Assembly: GCA_964016885.1 (NCBI GenBank)
Contig: OZ024740.1
Coordinates: 334,986,001-335,050,000, forward strand
Direction of reading: 5' to 3'
Length of the DNA stretch: 64,000 nucleotides
Source of the DNA: Eledone cirrhosa
Lineage: Eukaryota
Of this stretch, positions 13,759 to 25,842 are shown piece by piece (the stretch's first letter is position 1; each line of letters begins with the position of its first letter). The notes under the pieces were generated by a model. The model saw only the letters and a list, made by a program, of their open reading frames with translations, made no database searches and had not been told where the DNA came from. The translations under genes were made by a program, and so were the position numbers.

Positions 13759-13820
<62 letters not shown>

Positions 13821-13848
13821 ATACACATAATTATATACAGATACACAC

Positions 13849-13889
<41 letters not shown>

Positions 13890-14475
13890 CAAAGGGACGG
13901 TTGCAGTAAAGTACTATGAAACGTTACATGCCTCTCACCCTATGGGAAGAGCTCTTTTTCTGCTCCTTTTACTGCAGTTTCACGAGCAAAAGTACAGACC
14001 AGATCATCCCAATGTAATCAGTGGCAAACTGTTTTCAAAAGCCAAATCACAGACAATATGTTGATGAGGAGAGATCTTGCAGTAAAATTGTCAATAACAA
14101 AGGGAAAACGATATGTTCTGTACCATTATAGATAGAGACATATTTATACTGCTTAGGAGAAAATGATTTTTTCAGAATATGTATGCTGAAGAAAAAAAAT
14201 CAAAAGTCTTATAGGATACACCATCAAATTGTCCAGAAATGAAGAATCAAATCCGTAAGAGTACATGAGAATCTGAAATTTAAGGTTATACTGAAACTCA
14301 CCAATACATACACACACATAAACATACACGTACCTACATACAAATCAGTGCATTGTTTCGGATTTTCACCTCGATTCTATACACCATTATGGATATTTGG
14401 TACAGTTTTTTTTATATTGTTTAGGGGATGACAGAAGGTTTTAATAATAACAAGACCAGCAGCTGAAGTATTATT

Positions 14476-14905
14476 GGATTGGCAGTATCGGTAGAGCGTT
14501 GGATGCAATCCATCGCAGCATAGCGATACGGCCCTTTACGATCTGAGTTCACATCCCACCGAGGTTAGCTTTGCTTTTCATCCTTATGGAGTCGATAAAA
14601 TAAAGCACCAGTAATGCACTGGGGTCGGTTTCATCTACTTTCCCCTCCTCCGAAATTGCTGGCTTTGTGCCTATATGAGAAATCATTAGAGGGCGTTGGA
14701 TATGCATTATGGTGTAACATCGGACACCATGCTTTTATGGAAGAGAGTTACGGCCCTTTCCGTTATGAGTTCAAATCCTGCTGAGGTTAGCTTTGCCTTT
14801 CATCATTACAGGGTCGATAAAAAAGTACCAGTAATGCACTGGAGTTGTTTTAATCGACTACCCCATTATCCCCATAATAGCTGACTTTGTGCCCAAATCA
14901 GAATC

Positions 14906-14941
<36 letters not shown>

Positions 14942-15146
14942 GGCGGTAGATTGGCAGTATCGGTAGAGGGTCGGGCACCATGCTTTGACGCATAGAGTTG
15001 CGGCCCTTGCCATTCTGAGTTCAAATCCCGCCAAGGTTAACTTTGCCTTTCATCCTTATGGGGTCGATAAAATAAAGTACCAGTAATACACTGGGTAATT
15101 GCTGGCCTTGTGCCAAAAAAGGTAGAAACAATTATTATTATTATTA
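14476..15146 (+). mobile_element. Three head-to-tail tRNA-derived SINE copies (Nin/Deu-domain type) with (TTA)n tails
   Basis: A-box-like tggcagtatcgg, B-box gagttcaaatcc, core gcctttcatccttatggggtcgataaaataaagtaccag, tail gctggccttgtgccaaaa..gaaacaattatt. Confidence 0.85.
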
Positions 15147-15958
15147 TAGGAGGAGGAGGAAGAATATGTTAACTATTAATTTCTAAAATTTAGTGAAATA
15201 TATTTTGCAACATATTTTTTTAAAAACCCAGTTCTGTAACGTCTCAAATTATCTATATATTCCCAACAGAGTACATGCTAGGAAAATATTTTAATATTTT
15301 ATTTTTTATTTTAGCATTCAGTAAATATTAAGGTTAAAAAATTAACCAAATCTGAAAATCTAAATTACAACTGCGAAAGAAAGTTCCTGGAAATGATAAT
15401 AAATAGCTCTTCTTAGCATAGTCAAATCAAGTTGAAGTTGGCAAAAAATACGCTAATTTTCAATAGAAATTAATCTGAAGTTTTATATTTTTTGTATTTA
15501 TTTTCATATTTATTTTCTTTTGAATATTAACGAAGCTGGCTTACAATCACTAAAGACAAATTCAATGAGGCACACATTATATCCGTTCTAATTTTTAAAC
15601 AGAAATCAATTTAAATGAATATGGATATTTATAGAAAAATATTTCCTTCATTTGTTGTAAAATATTCATTGATTTCTTTTTCTTTCCTTTTTTAATCCGG
15701 ACATTGCAATATTTTACAACATTACGAATTTGGAAGTAAAAATGAAAAGATTACAAATATTTTGTCTTTATAACTTTTTAGGTAAAATTCTTTTGTCCAA
15801 ACATTAATAAGCTTACACGCAAACATATATATAGATATATATACATTCATACATTCATATACACATACATATATGAATACAAACTGATACACATACATAC
15901 ATACATTTATACATACATATATATACACACACGCACACGCGCACACACACACACACAC

Positions 15959-16010
<52 letters not shown>

Positions 16011-16577
16011 TTGCTATAGCTACTCTTTTGTTATCATAAGTATAAATATTCTGTATATTTGAATGGTTCTGTGTGTAGGGGATGTTTGTGTGATTTGTCT
16101 GTATATTTATTAATTAATTATGTGCGCTCGTATACGCCTAAGAATATGTGTGCGTAAAATATATACATGTCTTTCTCTCTTCGATTGTACATTCTTTAAT
16201 GAACAAAGGAAATGTTTAAAAATGTAGAAAATCTGAAAATATTCTATATTACAAACAAGAAATCTGAGGACAAAGCCTACTTTAAAATTAATTCGTTCTG
16301 TCTGTGTTTATTGCAATTGTTTTACATACTAATTTATAGAATGACCAAATAAATGAACTCTACTACAAACTTTGTTTCAATATACAATGTTTAGTTCTCA
16401 TGGAAACAATAATATTTGAAGACTGTAATGTTGACGATGTTTATTAACGAATTCAATACAGAATGCACTTTAAACACGATTATGCAAATCTGCTGATATT
16501 TAGATACACGATTTGGTCATGAAACCTAATTCCAGTGTTATATATATATATATGTGTGTGTGTGTGTAATTCCAGTG

Positions 16578-16650
<73 letters not shown>

Positions 16651-16652
<2 letters not shown>

Positions 16653-16780
16653 GCCGTCGAAACGGCTTGAGCTCAGCCGTCGGGGTCTTACTCGTTCCTA
16701 TTACCCACTCTACTACCCTAAGTATTGAGTACTTTGGTGCGTTATGGTCCACCTGGTTCCTTACCACATTTCCTTCGTTA
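16651..16780 (+). mobile_element. PLE-derived mini-element (family B): 3' half of a hammerhead plus tail, in (TA)n
   Basis: GAAAC-ggc ttgagctca gcc-GTC-ggggtc followed by taagtattgagtactttggtgcgttatggtcc..ccttaccacatttc; homologs at 23187-23323 and 51017-51220. Confidence 0.75.
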
Positions 16781-17378
16781 TATATATATATATATTTGCT
16801 AACTTTGTCATTTATATTATTTTTCGTATAGATACCTGACTAAACATTAAATTAAGAATTTTAATGTATAATAAGCTTAATAAATTTAATAGCTTTTATA
16901 CTATTTGTAAATTGATCATAACAAATAATAATTCTATCAAATGATATTAATGCAAAGTTAGAAATAATTATGAGTATATAAAGCAGTCTCAATATGTATA
17001 TAATTAGTACTATATAAATATCAATTCTATCACCGGCATCCATAGGTATTTCTTTGTACATGCTAAATATTCACCCATTCATATGCCCATATATTATCTA
17101 TGTACGAATGTGTAGTATATATTTTAAATCACGACTGAAATTCGGACAATTAACGTCTTGTATCACATTTACGCCATATTAAAAACATTATTCACATCTG
17201 TCTTATGTAGCCATTAGATAACCCTTGTCTATCCCTCTTAAATATACATAACACATGTTCTATAACATACTACACGCATATGTGTGTGTTTGTGTTTTTA
17301 TTGCTATATGCGCATATATAAATATATATATATATATTGTTTATATATATATATATTTGTTATTGTTTTTGTTTTTTA

Positions 17379-17450
<72 letters not shown>

Positions 17451-17593
17451 TAAACAAGTAAAAAACAAAAACAATAACAAAGAGTGCAGTACGAACAGTG
17501 TTGGTATTAGGTTCACATATATATGTGTGTGGGTATGTATGTATGTATATTATGCATGTATGTATTTAATATTTTATATAAAGAAAAACTTAC

Positions 17594-17838
17594 CGTAGTG
17601 GTGAATTCATCGGAGTTGCCACGCCGTAACCTTTCGAGTCGAGATTTTCGCCAACTTTCATGGTGTTGCATGGTTTTCTCTGGTTAAAATAATCGTTCAT
17701 AACAGATTCCAGAAAAAATGCATAGGTTCCTTTTGATGTTCGTACCCGTTCAACGGCTCTGCTTGTACTGGAGACAAACACACTCGTGTCTTGTGACATC
17801 ACATCCCAAATTCTTCGATAGATAGACACTTGTGATCT
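17594..17838 (-). CDS. Internal exon of an AMPA-like ionotropic glutamate receptor subunit (S2 ligand-binding segment; equivalent to vertebrate GRIA exon 13)
   Basis: Translates to [82 protein letters not shown], colinear with GluA2 [54 protein letters not shown]. Acceptor tattttgcag| (phase 0) and donor CG|gtaagt (phase 2); length 245 nt. Confidence 0.95.
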
Positions 17839-18034
17839 CTGCAAAATATAACGTAAAATTTTCATTTAAAAAGGTGCTTACCCTGAGAAAATTCCTAATG
17901 CATAAAACGAGGTTATCATTTCTTTAAAAGTATGTCTATGTCGGCGCTTTTGTATTATATATACAATGAAACACCATTCATTTAATGCAATACATGCACA
18001 CACATACACAACAGACGTACACAGAGACATACAT

Positions 18035-18139
<105 letters not shown>

Positions 18140-18494
18140 TGTGTGTGTGTGTGTGTGTGTGGATGTACGTGTGTATGTCACACATTAAAGAAGTGGAATA
18201 ACATCAGCGTGACCAACCGTTTTGAATTGGATTTTACAGGCATCTATGCTAACAGATAACAGATACTACAACGAAACAAAAGGAGCCATTGATAGTACTT
18301 GTGGAAAAGAGTTGAAAAAATAGGGCTCGATATTGGGATTCCACCTCTTCATTTCGCACTCTGTATTTCATCATACATGGTTTACTACACTGTTTTGTCG
18401 TCTTCTCGGTTCTAAGACCGGAGCTACTCCATATGTATAACTGTATATATCCGACAGGTGTAGATGATCGATAGTGGGTGTACTCATTGCCTTA

Positions 18495-18677
18495 GGGCGT
18501 GGATTGGCAGTATCGGTAGAGCCTCAGACAGTGTTTTGCAGCATAGAGTTATGGCCCTTTATGATTGGAGTTCAAATTCCGCAGAGACTAACTTCATCCA
18601 TACGGGGTCGATAAAATAAAGTACCAGCAATGTATTGGGATAATGGCTGGCCTTGTGCCAAAAGTAGAAACAACTAT
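18495..18677 (+). mobile_element. tRNA-derived SINE (same family), with internal deletions
   Basis: ggattggcagtatcggtagag...gagttcaaattcc...ggggtcgataaaataaagtaccag...gctggccttgtgccaaaagtagaaac. Confidence 0.85.
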
Positions 18678-18953
18678 TTAGTACGGTTAAGTGATGAGAT
18701 TTGTTACTCAGGTATTTCACCTGTGTATTCGCAGTTTTATCAGACAAGACTGGGTTGTGTGTGTGTGTGCTTGTCTATGTGTATGTGTGGGGGGGGTCTA
18801 TATGTGTGTGTGTGTGTGTGTTCATTTATTAGATCAGTTATTTCTGCAAATCAACCTAAATTAAAAACCAAAATTCCCATTATATGAACTAAATCACTAT
18901 AATTTATTTCATTTGCAATGTGAATTGTATAGTTTGTAACGTTTCATTCCTTA

Positions 18954-19006
<53 letters not shown>

Positions 19007-19034
19007 TTTTATACATTCATATTTACCCACACAC

Positions 19035-19088
<54 letters not shown>

Positions 19089-20132
19089 ATGTGTACTTAA
19101 TTACAGTATCTATTTGTGCATGAGTGAGTGAGTGCATTGCATTTGGTATGTTGTGTCATGTAGTGCCCTATATTTCCGCATATATGAGCGTGAATTATTA
19201 CCATGCAGCTTCATATTTTACTCATAAATACATATTCTCCTTAATCTAAGTTATATTTCTGTTCAAGTATAATGTTATTACTTTCGTAGCTAGAAGCTGT
19301 TCATGGCGGATAAAACAAATATTTCGACAACTTTTTTAGCAGTATGCTACAGAACAAGAAGGTTGTGAATATAGTGAAATTTGATGATAATAACGATAGC
19401 TAAAAAGATATTCTTGTACTGTCTTCTTATTTACGCATATATATACAGACGCCTGTGTGTAACATCTATTTACAGAGTAGAAATGCATGCAAAAGCTGTT
19501 TACCATCAATAATTTGAAAATATAATGTAATCATGATGCATAAAAACGAGGTTTCTAAATTGGGATATAACTAAATATAGACTTTCAGATAACGTCAATT
19601 CCATTTATTACAACTGGCAAAATTGAATATATTTATTTATCCGATAACATATTTTCTGCTTATTTCTTCCATTCTACAAAATCATAAGTCAGAATAAATA
19701 TCAGACCTGGAAAGACTTTTAAACTTTTCAAACTTCCTCGAGATTGAGACGTCTATGGTTGATAACCCAAACGCTACAGGCTAGAAATGTTTCGTCACCA
19801 TTCCACAATATACTCATCTTTATATTAAAGATACTGTAGATATTTTATTTTGATCTTTGTGATATATGAACACACGCGCTCAGAATTACCTGTTATTTGT
19901 AGAATAACAACCTAGTTTACCATGGAAATTAAGCCGTTTTCCTTTAAAAATAACCTGTAATAGAGAGGTGATTATCCTGACTCAGTATCTCTGTCAGCAG
20001 AAACACATATTAAATGTTTTTCTGTATACGTATTAGTAACTACTTCGAAACGACAGTTTGTCAAATCTATTTGTATGTTTGCATTGGTTAGAATACGCAC
20101 TTGAGAATGTTCTTCTACACTAAGAAATGCCT

Positions 20133-20174
<42 letters not shown>

Positions 20175-20176
<2 letters not shown>

Positions 20177-21053
20177 GGAGGTGAGTTTTATTGTAGTACA
20201 ATATTATTTTTTTTCTCCCCATCAACGAACTCATTATTAATACATATCAATTCAATATACAAACTTTAACTTCACATTATTTTTCTCAAATCCTTCTACA
20301 CTTCTCAAATCCTTCTACCTTAACAATTTTTCTCTTCGCTAATTTTGAAATTGCCACAATACATACATTTCTTCTTTTAACGTTAGAATATTCACCCACA
20401 ATTATTATTTTTTTCTCTCTATCTTCATACATAATTTCCCTTCGTTAATTTTCAAATTCCTTTAATTTATACATTATCTTCCAACGGTTCCCAACCTCTC
20501 TATATTAAAACAATATATCTTTTTCTCAGTTATAAAAACTATCTCTTTCTCTCTATCACCCATCTCTCCCTCTCCACCTTCACTCTCATCTCCTCCCCCC
20601 TTTTTTTCATCCTTCCCACCCCACCCTCCCTAAATAAAATATTTTTTCCTCGCACATATCCTCCCTTCGTTAATTTTCAAAATTTTTAATTTATACAGTA
20701 TCTTCCAACGGTTTTCAACCCCTCTATGTAAAAAATATATCTCCTCTCAGTTATAAAAACTATCTCTTTTTCTCTATCACCCATCTCTCCCTCTCATCTC
20801 CTTCCCTTTTCATCCTCCCCCCCCCCCTCTCTAAATAAAATATTTTTCCCAATATCACACATCAATCTAAAACCACTTTTCATATGTTGATTTAGAACTG
20901 CACTATCAACAAGTGTTTTTTTTTTTTTTTTAGCCTTCATATCATGTTCTCCTGTTTTATCTGATGAAAACACAAATATTATTGCTTGATGATGTTTGTT
21001 TTTGAAATGCGCATAATAAAATATATGGAACTCCTTTAACCATCTTTTGATCT

Positions 21054-21060
<7 letters not shown>
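20175..21060 (+). mobile_element. Non-coding PLE pLTR-like remnant with about 226-bp internal tandem duplication and terminal hammerhead, TA-flanked
   Basis: Units start at about 20437 and 20663 (cccttcgttaattttcaaa...ctcagttataaaaactatctc...ctaaataaaatattttt); HHR at 20955-21021. Confidence 0.6.
20955..21021 (+). ncRNA. Minimal type-I hammerhead ribozyme motif, intact core
   Basis: ttttat-CTGATGA-[about 13-bp helix II]-GAAA-tgcgca-TA-ataaaa: perfect 6-bp stem I, palindromic ATGCGCAT helix/loop 3, AUA triplet. Confidence 0.75.
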
Positions 21061-21102
<42 letters not shown>

Positions 21103-21130
21103 TATGAAATTTCGTTTCATGTTCTCCATT

Positions 21131-21189
<59 letters not shown>

Positions 21190-21190
21190 T

Positions 21191-21273
<83 letters not shown>

Positions 21274-21298
21274 TATGAAATTTCGTTTCATTTTCTCC

Positions 21299-21345
<47 letters not shown>

Positions 21346-21427
21346 CGTTATTCCGGGTTGAATCGGAGGTAACCACAGTAAGTAAGGTACTCAATACATA
21401 GCAGAGTATAAAAGTTTTAATATAGAT

Positions 21428-21480
21428 GAGATTCTACAGGACTAGAACTGTTTCATTCATTAGAAATCATCAGGAATCTC
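21428..21480 (-). ncRNA. Type-I hammerhead ribozyme motif (family A)
   Basis: Minus strand: gagattc-CTGATGA-t ttc taat gaa t-GAAAC-ag ttctagtc ct-GTA-gaatctc; 7-bp stem I. Confidence 0.8.
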
Positions 21481-21481
21481 T

Positions 21482-21530
21482 GATTCCTGATGATTTCTAA
21501 TGAATGAAACAGTTCTAGTCCTGTAGAATC
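21482..21530 (+). ncRNA. Type-I hammerhead ribozyme motif (family A, inverted copy)
   Basis: gattc-CTGATGA-tttctaatgaat-GAAAC-agttctagtcct-GTA-gaatc. Confidence 0.8.
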
Positions 21531-21548
21531 TCATCTATATTAAAACTA

Positions 21549-21675
<127 letters not shown>

Positions 21676-21749
21676 GTTATTCCGGGTTGAATCGGAGGTA
21701 ACCACAGTAAGTAAGGTACTCAATACATAGCATATATATATATATATAT

Positions 21750-22215
21750 AAAAGAATAGAGGTGTAACACACGAGTTATGATATATTGGTAAAAGGAAAA
21801 GAAAATGCTGACAAATTGTTCCCAGTGAAAAATAGTTTAATTAGGAATAAGTAAAAATTAGTAATAGTATTGGTTAGTATTCAGTTTTGGTTTTAAGTTT
21901 TACCGGGTGCGCATTTCTAATGCTTTTCAAAAATAATGTTGGATAGAGCGCCCGTGATGTTTGCTCTAATCTGATTAGAGCAAACATCACGGGCGCTCTA
22001 TCTCAAAATTATTTTTGAAAAGCATTAGAAATTAGAGCAAACATCACGGGCGCTCTTTCTCAAAATTATTTTTGAAAAGCATTAGAAATGCGCAATCGGT
22101 AAATCTTAAAACCAAAACTGAATACTAACGAATACTATTACTAATTTTTACTTATTCCTAATTAAACCATTTTTCACTGGGAACAATTTGTCAGCATTTT
22201 CTTTTCCTTTTACCA

Positions 22216-22220
<5 letters not shown>
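21750..22220. repeat. Fold-back element (about 190-bp arms) with a 56-bp tandem duplication in the right arm, TA-flanked
   Basis: atattggtaaaaggaaaagaaaatgctgac...tgctctaatc | gattagagca...gtcagcattttcttttccttttaccaatat; ttagagcaaacatcacgggcgctct occurs twice. Confidence 0.85.
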
Positions 22221-22297
<77 letters not shown>

Positions 22298-22298
<1 letters not shown>

Positions 22299-22525
22299 AA
22301 TGGCTTCTACAGGACTAGAAATGTTTTATTCGGGAGAAATCATCAGGAAGCCCTCGGTGATGGTTAGGAGGAGCACAGTAAGGGCTAAAAGATAAGTTTA
22401 TCTCGGGTTCAATCGTGGGTAACCACAGTAAGGGCTTCCTGATGATTTCTCCCGAATGAAACGGTTCTAGTTGTGTAGAAGCAATTTCTATATTGAATAT
22501 TTATACTCTGTTATGTATTGAGTAT
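22298..22525. mobile_element. Family-A-related fold-back element with two hammerhead copies (22302-22352 minus, 22433-22482 plus)
   Basis: ggcttc-CTGATGA-tttctcccgaat-GAAAC-ggttctagttgt-GTA-gaagc; the minus copy has G12->A. Stem I covaries with family A (gattc/gaatc versus gcttc/gaagc). Confidence 0.75.
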
Positions 22526-23186
22526 ATATAAGGACTAACTTTATTCATATGTAACCCATTTGCAACCACGCAGTACGTTTGTTTTCATATTCACACTTAT
22601 ATTTTCCCCCGCTGTGACCCGTCTATTTCGTTCTTACTGCTTCCTCTTTATCTGTATCTTTACCCTCTCTAACAGTCACTCTCTCTGTTAGCCGCTTCCT
22701 CACCCTTCACTCACTCACCCTCTGCTACTACCTCTCCTACTTGCTCCCGTTTGACCTGTGTGTAATTCTTTTCTCTCGCACGCTTGACCAGGCTCGTTCC
22801 CCTTTTCTCTCTCTCGTCTACGATTTCACAGAACTTATGTTCACCGAATTCACGAACTGGACTCCTTCTTCCTCTCGTTTGACCTGTGCGGAATTCCTTC
22901 CTTGCTCACATTTCGACTAGGTTTGATGGTCTTTATTCTCTCTCGTTCACGATTTCACCGAACTTATATTCATGGAAATCTGGGACTTGACTCTTTCTTC
23001 CTCACTTTTCGTTGCTTTACCATCTTTGTTTGTTTACACTCTCGCTCGTTCCCCTTTTTTACGTGTCCCAACGACTTTCTTTAGTCGTTGCTCGCACCAA
23101 CCGGAGGTATATGGTCTTTAAAGCGACGAAATACCAATGATGGTTGGAGGATCACTGGTGAAGGACTAACTTGATGTATATATATA

Positions 23187-23323
23187 TGAAAATGTATAAC
23201 CCCGACGGCAGAGCTCAAGCCGTCGTGGTTAAAGATTTTCCTATTACCCACTCTACTACATTAAGTATTGAGTACTCTGGTGCTTATGGTCGATCTGGCA
23301 CCTTACCACATCTCCTTCGTTTT
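23187..23323 (+). mobile_element. Family-B mini-element with a short terminal inversion at hammerhead helix III
   Basis: accccgacggc-agagctcaa-gccgtcgtgg followed by the family-B tail taagtattgagtactctggtgc..ccttaccacatctcc. Confidence 0.7.
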
Positions 23324-23342
23324 ATATATATATATATATATA

Positions 23343-23777
23343 TATATAAGTATGTATACGTACATACATATATGTATACAGACGTACAGTAGTATGTATA
23401 TATATATACATACATGCACACATATATATATGTACGTATGGATTCACCGAACATTTATTATAATGCTCTGTGTGTGTGTAAACAAACATCCCATATTAGT
23501 ACATTACAGCGTTCCTTTGTCAGTGTTGAACAAGCGAGCAACGACGGTTGCTAGACAATGCGGCTTAATACGGGATGTTTGTTTACAAACACACCGAGCA
23601 TTTTAATAAATGTTCGATGAATCCATACGGACATATATATATGTGTGCATGTATGTATATATATATACATACTACTGTACGTCTGTATACATATATGTAT
23701 GTACGTATACATACTTATATTTAAGTAACAGCCGTACTAAGAGTGGGAAATGAAATTTCGTTTCATTTTTTTCCGTT

Positions 23778-23780
<3 letters not shown>
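23343..23780. repeat. Fold-back element (about 160-bp arms) with a one-sided tail
   Basis: 23343-~23505 is the reverse complement of ~23558-23720; the tail ends in tgaaatttcgtttca, also seen alone at about 21100-21130 and 21270-21302. Confidence 0.8.
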
Positions 23781-23818
<38 letters not shown>

Positions 23819-23873
23819 ATAATAAATTTGAAGACTAAAATCCAAAGAGGGCTCGATTAATCTGTTATTTTAA

Positions 23874-23914
<41 letters not shown>

Positions 23915-24419
23915 CGAATATTATATGTGGATACATCAAGTTGGCATATGAATTTAATCTCTATTTAACATTTTTTAAAATATGTTATACAAATTTGATT
24001 GAATAGGTCATTTCATTTAATATAAAAATGGTTTATTAAATACTCTTTTGTGTACGTAATAAGAAATGGAAACATATTTAAGTATAGTAGTATAATGTGA
24101 CAATTCTCTGAAAGTGATTATCTGAAACTATCAAATATTCTCAGTGATCGTATATTCATTATTTCCTTACAAATAAATATTTTATTAAGTAATATATCTG
24201 ATTAATAACATATTTTAAACATAACATTCTTACTTTGTATTCGTTCAAATGTATTCTCTATTAATTTATACCGGTATATATTATCTTAATAATGATTTAT
24301 TACATTAGCATACGGACAGAAAGTTTCGGTGAAATGGGGTTGACTATCACGCTACCGTTCAACGATTAAGTTGTTATCAGTGAAAGTTTAAATCAGAACA
24401 TAATTAAAATCATTGCATA

Positions 24420-25757
24420 TCGCGGGACATGAAATCCGTCAATATTTTCTTTTTTCACTCCACTAAAACAGTAAACTATCTATGTTAAAAGCGTTTCGAC
24501 AGAACGAAAACTCTCCCCATCGATACTGTATACATATGTCAGCGATATTAACACATGTTCTTAGTATATAATTACTTTTAAACACAGCCATAAGGATATT
24601 GTCCGAACGTGGAAGATCCGCAATCCCACTGTCATCGCCTCCATCTCTCTCGCCCTCCCCATCTCTCTGTAATAAGAGAAAATGGGGTCCCAGGTGTTGG
24701 CCTACCAAAGCCCCAGCGGACAGAATGGAGAAGGCGTTTCCTCGGAGGATGGTAAAGGCGATCCGCTGGAAGAGCAATTCCATCTCACGAGGCTCACACA
24801 TGCGGCTGGCCAGCTCCTAATCCTCGAGTCACCGATCCACCCGCCGGCCAACTGCTCTACCATCAGGTCCAGGCTCCAGCAAGTCAAAACTCTAACGAGC
24901 CGACTGGGCCACCCAGCCCTCTTCCTGTTGAGGAACTGCTTCGCCATGCCGAAGATGCTCTATACCTCTCGCAGCGCTCCATGCTACAGCCACGCATCTC
25001 TCCCCGCTGATCTCGATACTTGTATCTGAGCGGCACTGAGGAGATACGCAACGTCAGGTTTGACGACATTGGATGGCAACAGGCCGTTTACCTGTTAGAT
25101 ATAGTGGCCTTGGCCTCCCGTCCCTGATCTCACTGGCTTTGCCGTTGTTTCTTTCGTCAGTAATCTCATGCCGCGACCTCGTCAGCAAGGTTCTCCAAAA
25201 CATAATGGAACCCTCTGTGATCGGGAACGTGAGGCCGCTTGTGAGACATGGGAACGGCTGGGGCTTAGCCCAGTAGGCCTCCCACCTCCCCTCCCCCTGC
25301 TGACGCCAAGTCCCACCAAAGCATTTGGGATGCCATCCGTTGCAGCCTAGCCTCAGACAGGCTCACGTGCTGGCTCGACCAGCACCACCTTGCCTGATTT
25401 CGCACGGCCTCCAAACCCCACAGTGGTACCTGGCTCCATGCCTTGCCCTTCTTCTCCACCAGAACGCACCTGGAGAATGATGGCCTGCGTATCAGCGTTT
25501 CTCTGAGGCTTAGGCTCCGGATCTGCTGCCCTCAAGGAGGTCATAAACATGGCTTGGATGCTGCAGGCTTCCCCTTCCAGCTCGAGTCGGTGGGGCTTGA
25601 CCGAGGGGACGGCAAAAGGCCAAACGGTATGACCATCTTACTGTTCCGCGGTGGCAAATGCCTCGTCTGGGATGCCACTTGCAGCGACACTTTCTCTAGC
25701 CGCAACCTGGTGCAGCCTGCAACTAACCCAGGTTCTGCTGCACGTCATGCTGAGGAG
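24420..25757. mobile_element. CRE-like (restriction-like endonuclease) non-LTR retrotransposon fragment with an internal inversion
   Basis: Plus strand 24817-25757: ALFLLRNCFAMPKMLY, LPVRYSGLGL, DGKRPNGMT..GKCLVWDATCSDT..GSAARHAE. Minus strand below 24816: EPREMELLFQRIAFTILRGNAFSIL (C-terminus). Confidence 0.75.
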
Positions 25758-25802
25758 GGTGAAAGCAGCGATTCTTTGATTAAACTTTAATATGTTATTT
25801 TA

Positions 25803-25842
<40 letters not shown>

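Larger units (their letters stand above)
10042..13760 (+). mobile_element. Near full-length Hydra-clade-like Penelope retroelement with inverted 5' pLTR, sense pLTR, ORF and truncated 3' pLTR, in (TA)n
   Basis: The arm at 10042-~10560 is the reverse complement of ~10785-11338; disrupted ORF at 11469-13523; 3' sequence matches the minus-strand copy at 52970-53538. Confidence 0.9.
21345..21548. mobile_element. Family-A fold-back mini-element with two divergent complete hammerheads; tail duplicated at 21673-21732
   Basis: Tail on the minus strand at 21345-21412; inverted arms at about 21413-21478 and 21482-21548. Confidence 0.85.

Noticed and set aside
14942-15035. A-box/B-box sequence suggesting a tRNA gene
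   Set aside because: The box spacing is too long, I see no cloverleaf, and it is always joined to the SINE core and tail.
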